From the IMG/VR virus record IMGVR_UViG_3300032373_000001: a DNA stretch of 64,000 bases; one strand, 5' to 3'. The stretch comes from a virus. Lineage: Duplodnaviria > Caudoviricetes. Positions 1-8,892 of the stretch are shown here, in pieces. Both the position numbers and the translations under genes were made by a program. Numbering within the stretch: position 1 is the stretch's first letter; the number at the start of each line of letters is the position of its first letter. The notes beneath the pieces are model-generated. The model was not told the origin of the DNA. It saw nothing but the letters and a program-made list of their open reading frames with translations, and made no database searches.

Positions 1-229
1 CATCACCAGCTGGGCATTCAGGGTAGGGAGCAGCCGCAGCTTCGCATAGCCGTAGACCACGGCAGTAGCCACTGCCGTGTCGTCGGGCAGGTTGTTCTGA
101 GTGCGGTGATCCATGCTGGCGAGGTAGTGGGTGCGCTGGATCATCTCCCCGGCAACAGTCAGGTTCTCTTCCACCTCACGCCCCCGAGTCGAAGGAGAAC
201 ACAGGGATCTGGATGTCGCGGTCACTCAT
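1..229 (-). CDS. Hypothetical protein, partial (runs off window), apparent frameshift at G5 run 181-185
   Basis: ATG at 229 overlaps upstream stop (ATGA): MSDRDIQIPVFSFDSG then stop; protein-like frame (REVEENLTVAGEMIQ...) continues after a 1-nt shift. Confidence 0.35.
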
Positions 230-444
230 GCCACGTAGTCCTCGGGGTCGTAGGGGTTAGGGGGACTGAGGCGTCGGGCCTCGGCCAGCTGCAGGGCGAT
301 CAGCTCTCGAAGCCCCTTGATGCTGTTTTCCAGCTTCTCGATGGAGTGTATCAGCTGGTGAGCTTTTACACGGTGCGGCAAGCCTGGGTGGTGGCCTGAG
401 ATCTCCTCCCCGCAGTCCGGGCAGACGTAGAATCCGATGTCCAT
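226..444 (-). CDS. Small zinc-finger protein
   Basis: CPDC...H-x3-H pattern followed by a coiled-coil-like helix. Confidence 0.6.
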   Translation of the reverse strand: MDIGFYVCPDCGEEISGHHPGLPHRVKAHQLIHSIEKLENSIKGLRELIALQLAEARRLSPPNPYDPEDYVA

Positions 445-448
445 CGTG

Positions 449-769
449 TTACTCCTGGGCCTTGAGGACCTTGTCGCACATCTTACGCCCCACTTCAGTC
501 AGAGTGGTCTCGGCCGAGAAGGTGCCAGAGGAAATAGCCTTCCACTTTTCGCAGACCCTCTTCGAGAGGGCCTCGTCAAGGGTTTCGTTCCCGTTTACAA
601 GATAGGTCCGGACGACGGGTCTACCGGGTTCGATGCGCTCCAATTTGCCCTGAAGCTGAGACGCCACCCCTATCGGATCATCTCCCGACAGGATGATGGT
701 GTCGGCCCCCAGACACTTTTCGATGTTGGGGGCGTTTTTGGATGCGGCGTCCTTGGGTCCTTGACTCAT
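449..769 (-). CDS. Hypothetical protein
   Basis: Tiles minus strand between neighbours; CGGTAA element 8 nt upstream of ATG. Confidence 0.65.
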   Translation of the reverse strand: MSQGPKDAASKNAPNIEKCLGADTIILSGDDPIGVASQLQGKLERIEPGRPVVRTYLVNGNETLDEALSKRVCEKWKAISSGTFSAETTLTEVGRKMCDKVLKAQE

Positions 770-784
770 GGGAGAGTTTACCGT

Positions 785-1207
785 TCACTCCCCCAGGTCG
801 TCCCCCTCACGCACCAGCTCTGTTGCCCCAAAGTGGCGGGCGAGGTTGTTCGCCAGGGCTCGGACGTGACGAACCAGCATCACCGCTTCATAGTGAGTCT
901 GGGGCGGGCGCAGCCCCTCCCCAGGAAGGCCCCGTCGCATGGCCTCCAGGTCCCGGACGGCAGCGTCGAAGGCATAGCTCGTCGGACCCCACACTGCCTC
1001 CACGTAGGCGACGGGATCCGTCTCCCAGTCTCGGTCGTTGCGGAGACGCTTGTCGTCGAAGTGGGAGAGCTTCTCTTCGACCGGCTGGAGGGCCTCCTGT
1101 AAGGCGTCGAGGGCCTCTTGGCTGACAGCAACCTCACCCCGGCCAGGGATGGGCCGAGACTGGGCCAGAAGGGCTTCCAGGAGCTTCTGTAGGGGGCTCG
1201 GGGTCAA
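785..1207 (-). CDS. Hypothetical protein
   Basis: Protein-like composition, GGAG SD, tiling with neighbours. Confidence 0.65.
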   Translation of the reverse strand: MTPSPLQKLLEALLAQSRPIPGRGEVAVSQEALDALQEALQPVEEKLSHFDDKRLRNDRDWETDPVAYVEAVWGPTSYAFDAAVRDLEAMRRGLPGEGLRPPQTHYEAVMLVRHVRALANNLARHFGATELVREGDDLGE

Positions 1208-1210
1208 GGG

Positions 1211-1573
1211 CTACTCCTCATCTCCTCGATAGAGCTCCAACCTTCGGATCGCCTTGTAATTGACGAAGCCATAGCTCACCCACACCCCACGGGAATCCGG
1301 CCCTCGCTCCAGGAACGTCAGGAGGCCGGGCTCCTGCCCTGGAGCCGCATCCTGAGCATGGGCTCCCTCCGGACCGTTCAGGCCAAGGACCCAGAAGCGA
1401 TAGGTCTTGCCGTCGACGAAACTGACCCCGACCTCTTGGCCTGCTGTGAGGTCCTGATCTGCACTGAGGGGGTTGCCCTCCGCATCCAAGCAGCCAAAGC
1501 CGCTGTGCTCGGTGACGGTGAACTCGACGGAATCCCGGAACTTCTCAATCTTCTCTCGGGAGGGGGTCTTCAC
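1211..1573 (-). CDS. Hypothetical protein (start revised to GTG 1573)
   Basis: GTGA overlap with stop of 1570..2145; VKTPSREK... Confidence 0.6.
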   Translation of the reverse strand: MKTPSREKIEKFRDSVEFTVTEHSGFGCLDAEGNPLSADQDLTAGQEVGVSFVDGKTYRFWVLGLNGPEGAHAQDAAPGQEPGLLTFLERGPDSRGVWVSYGFVNYKAIRRLELYRGDEE

Positions 1574-2145
1574 TTCTTCTCCAGCTTTCGGACGTCGTTC
1601 GCCCTTACCTGAGCTTCGCCCATGCGAAGCCGAATGAGGTGATCCCTCTTGTCTGCGGAGAGCCTGTTGTTGCCGAACAGGGTCATGTCCCCGGTGTCCT
1701 TGTCCTGCCACCGAGAAGTCAGCCCCGTGGCCCCCGGCTTGAACATGCGGACCAGCTTGGGGTTCATGTGCTTCACGGCGATGTCCCAGATGAACATGAG
1801 GTGGGTCCCTGCCGAGATCAGCAGCGGTTTGCCTCCGTACACGGCGCTTTCAGCCTTGCGGAAGAGCGTGATGCCGGAATGGTGCCTCAGCTCCATGTCC
1901 AAGAACCGAACCGGCACTGGAGGATCCGGCGGCACAGGCCGGTTGAAGGTGATGTCCACTGGCACCTGAACCCGAAGGTCACCGAAGGTCACCTTCGGGG
2001 AATGGACGATGCCCCACCCGTGGAGGATGAGGTCGTATGCCCGACTCTCTACGATCCGCGCCAAGACCTCTTGCTCGTCCGGGCTCATCGGGGTGTAAAG
2101 GGAGTTGGCGTTACCGCCGCCAAACATGTTCTTGTCGTCAGCCAA
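1570..2145 (-). CDS. Hypothetical phage protein
   Basis: 191 aa, globular protein-like composition, SD upstream of TTG start. Confidence 0.7.
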   Translation of the reverse strand: MADDKNMFGGGNANSLYTPMSPDEQEVLARIVESRAYDLILHGWGIVHSPKVTFGDLRVQVPVDITFNRPVPPDPPVPVRFLDMELRHHSGITLFRKAESAVYGGKPLLISAGTHLMFIWDIAVKHMNPKLVRMFKPGATGLTSRWQDKDTGDMTLFGNNRLSADKRDHLIRLRMGEAQVRANDVRKLEKK

Positions 2146-2154
2146 GAAGGGCTC

Positions 2155-2571
2155 CTATTCGAGGGGTCGCACCCAAAGGGCTCTGGGCTTACCGCGCGTG
2201 GTGCCCATGTAGAACTCTACCGGCTGACCAGCCAGCGGCACCCAACTACGCCGACACTCTGCTCGGTGGAAGAAGACCGGATCTGCGCAGTAGTCCAAGA
2301 ACCCCCACCCTCGCGCGGGGTCGAAGCGAGTCACCTCCCCCTGTAGCAGAGGAGGTTCTACGCTGCGGGTCACTTCCAACGCAGCAGGGCGACGACCCCC
2401 ACCCTCTTTGATCCGACCCAGGGTGACGGTTTCCCCCAAGATCGGAAGCGGGCCTCCGGGCCGAACCCTTCGGAAGGCTTCCGCATGAAAGAAGACCTCC
2501 TCAGTGGGGTCGTCTTCCTTCGCGCAGAACCCGAAGCCTTCGGCCGGGTTGTATGCGGATACCCGCCACAT
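2155..2571 (-). CDS. Tandem cold-shock domain (OB-fold) nucleic-acid-binding protein
   Basis: Two copies of RNP1/RNP2: YNPAEGFGFC...VFFHAEAF and FDPARGWGFL...VFFHRAEC, ending GKPRALWV. Confidence 0.85.
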   Translation of the reverse strand: MWRVSAYNPAEGFGFCAKEDDPTEEVFFHAEAFRRVRPGGPLPILGETVTLGRIKEGGGRRPAALEVTRSVEPPLLQGEVTRFDPARGWGFLDYCADPVFFHRAECRRSWVPLAGQPVEFYMGTTRGKPRALWVRPLE

Positions 2572-2574
2572 GGC

Positions 2575-3144
2575 TCACTCCGCTTCGGCGAGCAGCCCTT
2601 GGCGATCCGCAATGCGGGACTTGGCCCCCTTGCGGTTCTTGTTGCCTTCCTCCGCCTTCAGGAGCGCGTCAAGGTGAGCATCCCACTCACCTGCCTCCAG
2701 AGCCTGCTCCAGAGCCTTGATGCCGCCGTCCAGAACGCTGAAGTCCAGCTCTGCCTCGGAGGCGGAGCTGGGGTCGGGGGCGTCCGCACCAACTTCAGGT
2801 GCGTCGGGGTCTTCTTCGGTGCTGGGCTCTTCGACGGGCTCTGGCTCGACGAAGTTGGCGGCTTCATCAATGGCGAGGAGGTCTTCGGGCTGACCTCGGA
2901 GGGCATCTTCGCCGTCGGCTTCCGGTGCAGGCTCTGGCTCAGGGGTCGCTTCAACGACCGCTTCAGCGACCGGAGTCGGGTCGGGTTGCGGCGTCGAGAC
3001 TGGCGGGGTCGACGGCTCAGGGACTTCGGGGGCTGCACTGGGGGGCTGCTCCTTCTTGGCGCGGTCGAGGGCCTTCGCATCCGGGCGAACACGGCGAATC
3101 TTGCGCCGAGACGCTCCTCGACCATTGATGAACGGGTGAGGCAT
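2575..3144 (-). CDS. Acidic Pro/Glu-rich protein with small C-terminal helical domain
   Basis: Basic N-terminus, long P/E/A linker, C-terminal LLKAEEGNKNRKGAKSRI. Confidence 0.65.
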   Translation of the reverse strand: MPHPFINGRGASRRKIRRVRPDAKALDRAKKEQPPSAAPEVPEPSTPPVSTPQPDPTPVAEAVVEATPEPEPAPEADGEDALRGQPEDLLAIDEAANFVEPEPVEEPSTEEDPDAPEVGADAPDPSSASEAELDFSVLDGGIKALEQALEAGEWDAHLDALLKAEEGNKNRKGAKSRIADRQGLLAEAE

Positions 3145-3156
3145 TTTGGTCTCCTG

Positions 3157-3525
3157 TCAGGATCGAATGGCTCGGGGCAATCGTACCCGCACTCCAGCAG
3201 TCACCTGCTTCTTTTGTACGGCGTCTACGAAAGCCTGGTCCGATGTTAGGAGGGCCGTGCGCCGAGGATTCAGCGCAATCAGATCGGCGAGTCGCAGCTG
3301 ACTAATCGGGTCCAGGTCCGGAAAGATCCTGCAAAAGTCGGCCCTGGCAGCAGGGCTGCGCTCGATCCCGTTCAGGATGAACTCATCCTGAAGTAGGGCC
3401 GGCAGGTCTGGGTCCTTGACGACGACAAGCCGACCATCAGGGAGCTCTTCCGCTGTGTTGGGGCCCCCCACCAAGCCGTTGCGGTCTTGGTTGAAAGTCC
3501 AGTACCCGTAAAGCAACGTCGACAT
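3157..3525 (-). CDS. Hypothetical protein
   Basis: GGAGG SD inside hairpin 3531-3562; tiling. Confidence 0.7.
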   Translation of the reverse strand: MSTLLYGYWTFNQDRNGLVGGPNTAEELPDGRLVVVKDPDLPALLQDEFILNGIERSPAARADFCRIFPDLDPISQLRLADLIALNPRRTALLTSDQAFVDAVQKKQVTAGVRVRLPRAIRS

Positions 3526-3564
3526 CCGAGGGCTTCCTCCGCAGGAGTTGCGGAGAATAGCCTC

Positions 3565-4170
3565 CTAAACGCAGTCGGGGCACACCCATCGGGTGTAGCT
3601 GGTTGACCAGACCACCCGCACTCCCCTCTGGAACGGGGTTCCGCACTGACCGCACTGACCCCAGAGGTCTTGGTAGGGCTTCCACGCTGCCCCCTCATAA
3701 GGGATCGGAAGCTGTGAGGGCTCCCCGCCCACGTCAAAGACTGGGAACGAGTCCCACTCCTTGGGCAAGGGCTCCGACACCACCATGGTGTAGCCTCGGC
3801 GGGGATCATGGACCCACAAGGGGGCACCCACGCCTCGCTTGAGCTGCTTTTGGATCTGATCCTTGAACAAGACCACGAGGTTGGCTGGGGTGTGGATGGA
3901 AACCGACTCCAAGGGGCTGTATCGGAGCTGAAAGTTGGCCTCGGCGGGTTCCAGCTCCAACCAAACCCCCATCCACTGAACACGACGCTTCTTGATGCAG
4001 AGGCTGAACGTAGACTCGCCCCAGCGGACCGGGGAGGTGTGGAAGTGCCCCGAGACCCCCTCCCAAGGACTGCCTGGGAACAGCAGCTCCATGATTCCCG
4101 AGGCTGCTTGGTCGGGGGCCTGCGCCAAGAGGGAGCCCAAGTCCGTGCCCTTGAATGGGTTGATTGCCAT
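3565..4170 (-). CDS. Hypothetical protein with C-terminal Zn ribbon (start revised to ATG 4170)
   Basis: CGQC...CPDC at C-terminus; CAGTAA element 8 nt upstream of ATG. Confidence 0.65.
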   Translation of the reverse strand: MAINPFKGTDLGSLLAQAPDQAASGIMELLFPGSPWEGVSGHFHTSPVRWGESTFSLCIKKRRVQWMGVWLELEPAEANFQLRYSPLESVSIHTPANLVVLFKDQIQKQLKRGVGAPLWVHDPRRGYTMVVSEPLPKEWDSFPVFDVGGEPSQLPIPYEGAAWKPYQDLWGQCGQCGTPFQRGVRVVWSTSYTRWVCPDCV

Positions 4171-4196
4171 GCCCGATATTACTGTTCCCCAAATCA

Positions 4197-4230
4197 AAAA
4201 AGCCCCTCCCAGTCATGGGAGGGGCTTTTT
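4197..4230. terminator. Bidirectional intrinsic terminator
   Basis: AAAAAGCCCCTCCCA-GTCA-TGGGAGGGGCTTTTT perfect stem with A/T tails on both sides. Confidence 0.85.
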
Positions 4231-4241
4231 AGGGGGGTCTC

Positions 4242-4439
4242 TCAGCCGAGGCCGTTGCTCCGGCTGAACAGGCGACCGTCACCGCCAGTCGGGGGGACGC
4301 ACATGTTGGGCTTGACTCCGGAGGTCGAGCTGGCATTGGCGACGTTCACGCGGGCCGCAACCTTGCCCGCCTTGCGGGAGTTGAGGCGGCTGATGGGAGG
4401 AGAGGGCTGGTACTCAGAGGTCGAGGAGCGAGTGGGCAT
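4242..4439 (-). CDS. Small basic Ser/Gly/Ala-rich protein (65 aa)
   Basis: AGGAG SD 6 nt upstream of ATG; immediately followed by strong terminator. Confidence 0.6.
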   Translation of the reverse strand: MPTRSSTSEYQPSPPISRLNSRKAGKVAARVNVANASSTSGVKPNMCVPPTGGDGRLFSRSNGLG

Positions 4440-4494
4440 GGGGGTTCTCCTGTAGGGGCCTTACGACCCCTCGGAGGATAGCTCCACTACCGGA

Positions 4495-5751
4495 TCAAGC
4501 CTCCCCCGAGTCCGCCCCCTTGGGGCTGTACTGGAAGGTCAACCCTTCCCTCTGGATGGAGACGAAGCAGCTCTCCCGGATCCCGAGCCCGTGCTGGCAG
4601 AGCTGGGCGTCAGGGAATTCCTCTCGCGCGGCGAGGAGCAGGTTCACGTCCTCCTCGCTCGGCGCGGTGGCCTTGTGGGAAGTCTGCACCTCTGCGAAGA
4701 TCCAGTTCGGGTGGGCGGACTGGAGGCAGCCGATGCGATACTGCTTCACCTCAGTCCGGTAGACCTCCAGGCCCTTCTGGCCCATGCCCTCTTCGAGCAA
4801 GGTGCGCAAGTAGGTGGAGCCTTGACTCCGCGCGAAGGTGCGCATTTCGCGCATCAGGACCTCCTGAGCCTTGGCTTCGACTGCCTGGTTGACCCCTCTC
4901 ATGATGTCCTTCTTGCCGTGGAGGACATCAGTGTCCCGGATGCCGGTATTGGCCCAGAGGCGGGTGGGGTCTTCAGGGGAAGATGCCTCGATGTCCTCCA
5001 TTCGCTGCAGGAGGAGCTGTACCGCTTCGACCTCCGAGAACCAGGGCTCGTTCTTGTACTTGTTGGCCTCGAAGAAGTATCGGATGTCACTCAGGTTGCG
5101 TTGCCGCCGGGCAGCGATGCCGGCAGCTTCCGCTCGTTTCCGCAGGGGCTCCAGCTTGGCCGTCTCGACCTCCTCCAACGCCTCCAGTCGCGCCCGCTCC
5201 TCCGACCGCCACTCCAGCAGGGAGGCGATGTCCTGGAACCAGTCGAACTCCTTGGCATGCCCGTACACCTCTCCCACGAAGGGAGACTCGCCGGGCATCT
5301 GGGCCTCGTAACCAACGAGGCGGGCCTTGTTGTTGGTGAGCAACTGACCCCTCAAGTTCATGCGCGCGCCGACGCCCAGGAAGGCGAGGCCGCTGTTCTG
5401 GTTGATGCTTGCAGCCTTCGCCAGGGCCTCCCAGCACTCCGGCGGGAGTACTTCCGAACGGGTGTTGATGGCCGTCCGGGGGTCCAGGAGGAAGCCCAGC
5501 ATCGTGGCCAGTCGGGTGATCTTGGCGAGAGCTTGGTCCGAGTCCTCGGTCCCCTCGAGACCAAGGGCCACGGCCTGGAGGGCGCGGACGGCTTCCCTCA
5601 ACGCCACCTGACCTTCCTCGCCCTCGGGAACGGCGATGATGTGCTGCTCGCGCCCCGCGTTGACGCCTGCGGCGAGGGCAGCACGCCGCCCCTTCTCGCT
5701 GAGCAGGTACGAGACCCGGATGCTACCGGGGGTCTTGGAAATGTTATCCAC
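4495..5751 (-). CDS. Hypothetical protein (418 aa, helical)
   Basis: Long ORF with AGGAG SD and CCGTAA upstream. Confidence 0.75.
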   Translation of the reverse strand: MDNISKTPGSIRVSYLLSEKGRRAALAAGVNAGREQHIIAVPEGEEGQVALREAVRALQAVALGLEGTEDSDQALAKITRLATMLGFLLDPRTAINTRSEVLPPECWEALAKAASINQNSGLAFLGVGARMNLRGQLLTNNKARLVGYEAQMPGESPFVGEVYGHAKEFDWFQDIASLLEWRSEERARLEALEEVETAKLEPLRKRAEAAGIAARRQRNLSDIRYFFEANKYKNEPWFSEVEAVQLLLQRMEDIEASSPEDPTRLWANTGIRDTDVLHGKKDIMRGVNQAVEAKAQEVLMREMRTFARSQGSTYLRTLLEEGMGQKGLEVYRTEVKQYRIGCLQSAHPNWIFAEVQTSHKATAPSEEDVNLLLAAREEFPDAQLCQHGLGIRESCFVSIQREGLTFQYSPKGADSGEA

Positions 5752-5787
5752 GGGTTCTCCTGGGAGTCAACTGGGGTTACGGGCGGG

Positions 5788-7392
5788 TCAATAGTTGGTC
5801 AGCTTGAGTCGTCCGCGATTGAAGTCAACCTCAACGCGGAGGCTCTCGTCGCCGGAGGTGAGAACAGCCCAGGTCGCCTCGTCTTCGACCAGGATGATGC
5901 GCAGGCCCTCTTCGCGGGCCACGGTAGCGAGGTGGCTCATCTCACCCCCAGCGTGGGCAATGACCGCCCCGCGACTCCCAGCGGAAGCAGCGGGGATGTA
6001 GTAGTCCGGGCTGAGGTCGGGAACGATGAGGATCGTTCCCTGTGGGACCTCCTCATCGACCTCCGGGAGGTAGGGCTTGCCGCGAACCATGCCCTGACCG
6101 CCGAAGACCGGGACCTCGAAGCCGCCGACCTGCCGTTGGATGGCGTAGCGTAGGCTGGAAGCTGCCTCCTCAAAGGGCTTGTCCTTGTGGTGAGACCAGT
6201 CCTCGAACACCTGGGAGACCTTTTCTTGAGGCTGGGTGCCCAACATCCAATCGCTGTGGTATGCGCAATCAGATTCCAGCCGCAGGCCCGAGGCGCTGAC
6301 CGGGTCCCACGCAGGCTTCAGCGGTCGGAGTGCGGTGCGGTCCAGCGCCCAGCCGTAGAAAGCGTTCTGGGGGATCTGGTACTCGGCGGGGCGGTCGTCA
6401 CCTTCCGGCCGCTCCACGGTCAGGGTGAGGTAGCCCCCGAAGCTCTCGGCTTGCGCGCGGACCTTCTCGGTACGGCGCTCTTGGCCCTTGGACCACTCGT
6501 TGTCGTAGTGGGTATCCCGCGCATCAGCGACCTCGTACTTGTTCAGCCCGATGTAGTGGCGACCTTCCTGGATGTGAGCCGAGGTCAGCGCCGGATACTC
6601 CTCCAGGATGCCCTCATCATCGGTGAAGGAAGCTGTCATCTGAAGGAGGACCCAGACCGGAACGTCCGTGCCCTCGAAGTAGGCCACTCCGTCCCGCTTC
6701 ACGATGAGGTAGAAGTCGGGCTGGTCTCTACCCCCATCTTCGGCCGAGTTCCCGTCCACGGCAAGGGCTGCCTGAGCGCGCTCCCCGGAGCGGGCGTCTT
6801 CCCCGCCGTAGGCCCGCAGCCCTCCGCACTTGAGGAAGTCGTCGAGGGCTGCCTGGGGGCGTTCGAAGGTATCCAAGAAGAACGGGGGCTCCTCGACCTT
6901 CTCGAACAGGACGTAGAAGAAGCGGTCGTCTTCCCCGACCCGGAGGCACTCGGCGAGGTCACGGTCACGGTCGCGGGAGTAGTACATGGCCTGCTGGCGG
7001 TGGTGTTCCGGGACTGAGACGTAGCTAAGAGGACCCGTTGCGCGCCAGGCCCACTCGCAAGCTGACCGGCTGACGTTCTTCACCACAGCGTAAGGCCGAT
7101 AGAACTTGCCCTGCCGCTTCCACGTGCCTGCGAACATCTTCCGCAGGTTTTGGAGATAGGCTGCGCCGTCCGCGTCACCTTCTGGCACCGGCTCCAAGTT
7201 GACATAGCCAGCCGTCCGGGAGCTACCCGTGAGGTAGTGGGTCCCCCTCAGGATGGAAACCGCCTCTTCGTAGCCCATCCCGAAGCTCTCCTGAAGGAAC
7301 CGCAACGCCCTCAGAGTGCGCCCTTCCAGCATCCACTCCCGTACACGTTCGGTGACGAAATCCCCAGTGATGCTAAACGTCAAACTGCCCAT
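5788..7392 (-). CDS. Multidomain protein: internal DUF433-like HTH + C-terminal PEP-utilising-enzyme mobile (phosphohistidine) domain
   Basis: YFEGTDVPVWVLL...ILEEYPALTSAHI (DUF433 pattern); ILIVPDLSPDY...AVIAHAGGEMSHLATVAREEGL (GGxTSHxAxxARExG family). Confidence 0.75.
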   Translation of the reverse strand: MGSLTFSITGDFVTERVREWMLEGRTLRALRFLQESFGMGYEEAVSILRGTHYLTGSSRTAGYVNLEPVPEGDADGAAYLQNLRKMFAGTWKRQGKFYRPYAVVKNVSRSACEWAWRATGPLSYVSVPEHHRQQAMYYSRDRDRDLAECLRVGEDDRFFYVLFEKVEEPPFFLDTFERPQAALDDFLKCGGLRAYGGEDARSGERAQAALAVDGNSAEDGGRDQPDFYLIVKRDGVAYFEGTDVPVWVLLQMTASFTDDEGILEEYPALTSAHIQEGRHYIGLNKYEVADARDTHYDNEWSKGQERRTEKVRAQAESFGGYLTLTVERPEGDDRPAEYQIPQNAFYGWALDRTALRPLKPAWDPVSASGLRLESDCAYHSDWMLGTQPQEKVSQVFEDWSHHKDKPFEEAASSLRYAIQRQVGGFEVPVFGGQGMVRGKPYLPEVDEEVPQGTILIVPDLSPDYYIPAASAGSRGAVIAHAGGEMSHLATVAREEGLRIILVEDEATWAVLTSGDESLRVEVDFNRGRLKLTNY

Positions 7393-7421
7393 TGGTCTTC
7401 TCCGCTTGGTGTGCTTAGTCC

Positions 7422-7450
7422 TTACGGCACCCCCAGGAGGCGGAAATCAA
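7422..7450 (-). promoter_or_regulatory. Conserved promoter TTGATT-N17-CCGTAA
   Basis: Minus strand TTGATT TCCGCCTCCTGGGGGTG CCGTAA, intergenic, upstream of 5788..7392. Confidence 0.75.
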
Positions 7451-7524
7451 GGGCAACCGAATTTAGGAGAACTGCTCTCGAAGGGCACCGGCCGACGGCA
7501 AGAGGGCCAGGGTTTTGGTGTAGC

Positions 7525-7737
7525 TCACTGAGCCTCTTTCCAGGTCAGGGCCTTGCGGGCAACGTCGTAGGCTTGTCGAGGACCGTTCTCCTCGGCCTCG
7601 AAGACCACGTTCTCCTTGCCCTCCTCGTCGGGGCTGAACACGACGGTGCGGTCGCTGCCGTTCCAGCGAGCATAGCCGTCGCCGTGCTCGGGGTGAGTGT
7701 ACTTGCCGTTGTTCCAAGGCGGGCGGATGCGAGGCAT
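7525..7737 (-). CDS. Hypothetical protein
   Basis: GGAG SD, tiling. Confidence 0.6.
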   Translation of the reverse strand: MPRIRPPWNNGKYTHPEHGDGYARWNGSDRTVVFSPDEEGKENVVFEAEENGPRQAYDVARKALTWKEAQ

Positions 7738-7738
7738 G

Positions 7739-8041
7739 TCAGTCTCCAGCAGGGAAGTTGTCGACGAGGACTGCGAAGCCCGCGCCGCGGAGAGCGTTGT
7801 TGGTGGTCCAGTCGCTCAGGTCCACCCAGTACTCACGCCGCTGCTTGGCGGTGAGGGGAGTGACCCGGCCACCGTAGCGCACCACGTGGAGGCCCTCGGA
7901 GCCGTAACTTTCGGTCACCCGGGCGACCCCGCAGCTGGGGGTCTTGCCGGTGCGGATGGCCATACCGGGCTGGGGGACGAAGCCGCCAGAGCGCAAGGTC
8001 TCGGTGAACTCTCGGCAAAATTTCATCTGTTCGTTCGTCAT
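7739..8041 (-). CDS. Hypothetical protein
   Basis: AGGAG SD, CAGTAA upstream. Confidence 0.65.
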   Translation of the reverse strand: MTNEQMKFCREFTETLRSGGFVPQPGMAIRTGKTPSCGVARVTESYGSEGLHVVRYGGRVTPLTAKQRREYWVDLSDWTTNNALRGAGFAVLVDNFPAGD

Positions 8042-8348
8042 GGGTTCTCCTGCCCCGTATTACTGAACCCTCAGTCCCCCGAGACCTCAACCACAATCCC
8101 GGTGGCGTTGTCACAGCGGCCCTTGGTCCCCAACGCATAGGCCCGGTCCAGCAAGAGGTCCAGGTCCAACTGCTGGGTCTTGGGCACATAGTTGGGCTCC
8201 GCGAACAGGGTCGCCTGCCTCCAGAGGGGGTCCAGGCAGCTGGGGTTACGGGGCGGTCAGACGATCTCCCGTCCGGTTTGGAGGTCCGCAGGACGACCTC
8301 GGGGTGTTGCCAGCCAAGGGCGGGGAGGAGGGGAAGCGTGCTTGTCGG

Positions 8349-8552
8349 TCATGGTCTCCAGCCTCGACGGAAAGGGTGCCGGGCTCCTTTGCGCTCTCCC
8401 TCTCGCTCGGCGTCCTCCACCATGTTTCGGAGGAGACGGAGCCACTGGCCTGCTTCCCGTTCGTCCATCTCTTCGATGTGTTGGAAGGGCGCGGGCAAGA
8501 CCTGGCTTCCCCGTTGACGGCGCAGCAGGGCGACGAGTGCTCGCTTGTTCAC
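8349..8552 (-). CDS. Hypothetical protein
   Basis: GGAG SD, ATGA-type overlaps with neighbours. Confidence 0.55.
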   Translation of the reverse strand: MNKRALVALLRRQRGSQVLPAPFQHIEEMDEREAGQWLRLLRNMVEDAEREGERKGARHPFRRGWRP

Positions 8553-8689
8553 GACATCTCCGCGAGCTTCAGCCCCTTCTTGGCGAAGTCCTTCTCATTG
8601 CCGGAGTCTCCCGGCCGGAGCATGCTGTCGAAGATGGTGTTGAGGGTGGGCTCCAGGTTGATCTGGGTCGCATCTTGCATGGCGGGCTC

Positions 8690-8839
8690 CTATTCGAGTT
8701 CGGCGGGAGTGGGGATCAGGGCGGTGATGTGGGACGCAAACCACGCGCGACCGTACATCATGAAGTCGTTGGCCAGGCCAATGATGATGTTCCACTCACC
8801 GTGGTCGTTGGTCAGCAGGTGAAGGAGGAGGTGATCCAT
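8690..8839 (-). CDS. Small hypothetical protein (start revised to ATG 8839)
   Basis: GGAG SD; first ORF after promoter 8893-8921 and hairpin 8861-8890. Confidence 0.5.
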   Translation of the reverse strand: MDHLLLHLLTNDHGEWNIIIGLANDFMMYGRAWFASHITALIPTPAELE

Positions 8840-8860
8840 GATTGGTCTCCGGAAATGCGT

Positions 8861-8890
8861 TGAGGGGCGAGCCAACTGGCTCGCCCCTCA
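8861..8890 (-). promoter_or_regulatory. Long 5'-leader hairpin just after promoter
   Basis: TGAGGGGCGAGCCA/TGGCTCGCCCCTCA perfect inverted repeat starting 2 nt after CCGTAA. Confidence 0.6.
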
Positions 8891-8892
8891 TG

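Noticed and set aside
4242-4439. RiPP (lasso/microviridin) precursor interpretation of the 65-aa peptide
   Set aside because: No maturation enzymes or transporter nearby and no convincing leader/core motif
5768-5790. TTGACC-N2-3-CCGTAA look-alikes (5775 region, 8244 region, 48963-48977)
   Set aside because: TTGAC is too close to the -10 to be its -35 and is partly formed by upstream stop codons; not counted among the bipartite promoters
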